Shown: positions 62,612 through 64,000 of the stretch, piece by piece
Layout of the letters: each line of letters opens with the position of its first letter
How positions within the stretch are numbered: the first letter of the stretch is position 1
Assembly (NCBI GenBank): GCA_051294905.1
Contig: CM119378.1
Span: 2,978,001-3,042,000, forward strand
Length of the DNA: 64,000 nt
Source: Botryllus schlosseri
Lineage: Eukaryota
Reading direction: 5' to 3'
Program-made: the position numbers and the translations under genes
The notes under the pieces: generated by a model
Databases searched by the model: none
Told to the model about the DNA's origin: nothing
Seen by the model: only the letters and a program-made list of their open reading frames with translations

Positions 62612-64000
62612 CAGGGCCGTAACAGCACTTCGTTAGCCCCCCAAACTTTGGTCTTGCCCCCCCCCTAGGGTTATAGATCGAACGTCTTGGAACGTCCCAG
62701 ACCCCCCTCCGGCGATACGCTGTTTACCACTATTCATCATATTCATTGGGAGTTTATTTAGTGAATCAGCTTGTGTCGCCTAAGCGCGCGATGCGCGCAG
62801 AATTTCTAGAATTCATGCTTTCATCGGTCAGTATGATCGGGAATTGCATACATTGTTATCAATTTTTATCTTCTCTCTGGTCACATTTTTATCTTCTCTC
62901 TGGTCACGTAATCAGATTTGCCGGTAGAGCTGAGTGAGGTGTGTTTGAAAAGGTAGGACCACTCAATAATAATTAAACATCTTCGGGCGTATACCCGTTG
63001 GCGGGAACAAAACAGCACCCCCATAGGGTGATAAAACGACCCCCCCCCCCCCGCCATCACGTTGTTCGCGTTTGTCACGAAATTACCCGTACTGTACTGT
63101 GAGCCAGCGCGAAGCGCGAAAATTTTCGATAATTTATGATAAAATCGGTCAATCAGATCAGCGACTGCATTTATAATATGCTATCAATTTATTGTCCTCT
63201 CTACTCACGTAATCAGATTTGCACAGATTTGCGGGTAGTGCTGAGTGAGGTGTGTTTGAAAAGGTAGGACCACTCAATAATAATTAAACATCTTCGGGCG
63301 TATACCCGTTGGCAGGAACAAAACAGCACCTCGTCAGGCCCCCAAAAACGTGGGTCTTGGGCTCCCATAGGGTGATAAAACGACCCCCTCCATCACGTTG
63401 TTCGCGTTTGTCACGAAATGACCCGTATTGTATTGCGAGCCAGCGCGAAGCGCGAAAATTTTCGATAATTTATGATAAAATCGGTCAATCAGATCAGCGA
63501 CTGCATATATAATATGCTATAAATTTATTGTCCTCTCTACTCACGTAATCAGATTTGCCGGTAGTGCTGAGTGAGGTGTGTTTGAAAACGTAGGACCACT
63601 CAATAATAATTAAATATCTTCGGGCGTATACCCGTTGGCCGTTGGCAGGAACGAAACAGCACCTCGTCAGGCCCCCAAAAACGTGGGTCTTGGGCTCCCA
63701 TAGGGTGATAAAACAACCCCCCATCACGTTGTTCGCGTTTGTCACGAAATTAGCCGTACTGTATTGTGAGCCAGCGCGAAGCGCGAAAATTTTCGATAAT
63801 TTATGATAAAATCGGTCAATCAGATCGGCGACTGCATATATAATATGCTATCAATTTATTGTCCTCTCTACTCACGTAATTGAATTTACCGGTAGAGCTG
63901 AGTGAAGTGTCTTGAAAACGGGAGGGCCCGTAAATAATGATTAAACATCTTCGGGCGGGCGGAACCGTTGATATGACTTCGTTACATGATGTTATTTCGC
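62612..64000. mobile_element. CAGGGCCGTAAC-family element carrying an internal tandem array (runs off the window end)
   Basis: Left end matches 8096; unit starts at 62905, 63206, 63542 and 63873 (301-336 bp). Confidence 0.85.

Noticed and set aside
62870..64000. Regular repeats as a CRISPR-like array
   Set aside because: Units are ~330-bp whole-unit tandem duplications without unique spacers, inside a eukaryotic MITE; no cas genes.
1..64000. Most remaining 60-130 aa ORFs in the track; tRNA/rRNA genes
   Set aside because: They lie in MITEs, introns or antisense to real exons with no recognisable motifs; no RNA gene signature was recognised.

Overview
Eukaryotic (animal, probably marine-invertebrate; taxon is inference only) AT-rich genomic DNA with GT-AG introns. 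The ORF track hides the main content. Splicing the exons by hand reveals a tandem + strand array of four paralogous genes (A: 3' part only, 322-2061; B: 10004-19192; C: 22838-27946; D: 34674-40054). They encode type I cell-surface proteins: signal peptide, a two-exon ~155-aa Cys-containing ectodomain that I cannot assign to a named family (weak CUB-like pattern), a Ser/Thr-rich stalk, one TM helix and a short tail. The ectodomains are strongly diverged and the tails differ (Tyr motif present, off-frame, or tail lost), as in rapidly evolving recognition-receptor clusters. Downstream is a possible decayed Ig V-like two-exon pseudogene. The rest is dominated by non-autonomous hAT-type elements with 8-bp TSDs, including two 5-6-level nested stacks, plus foldback elements, a MULE-like MITE, a CACTA-like element, a solo LTR, CR1/L2-group LINE fragments, a decayed hAT transposase and the 5' part of an I/Nimb/Jockey-type LINE. 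All gene models are manual and have no transcript support.
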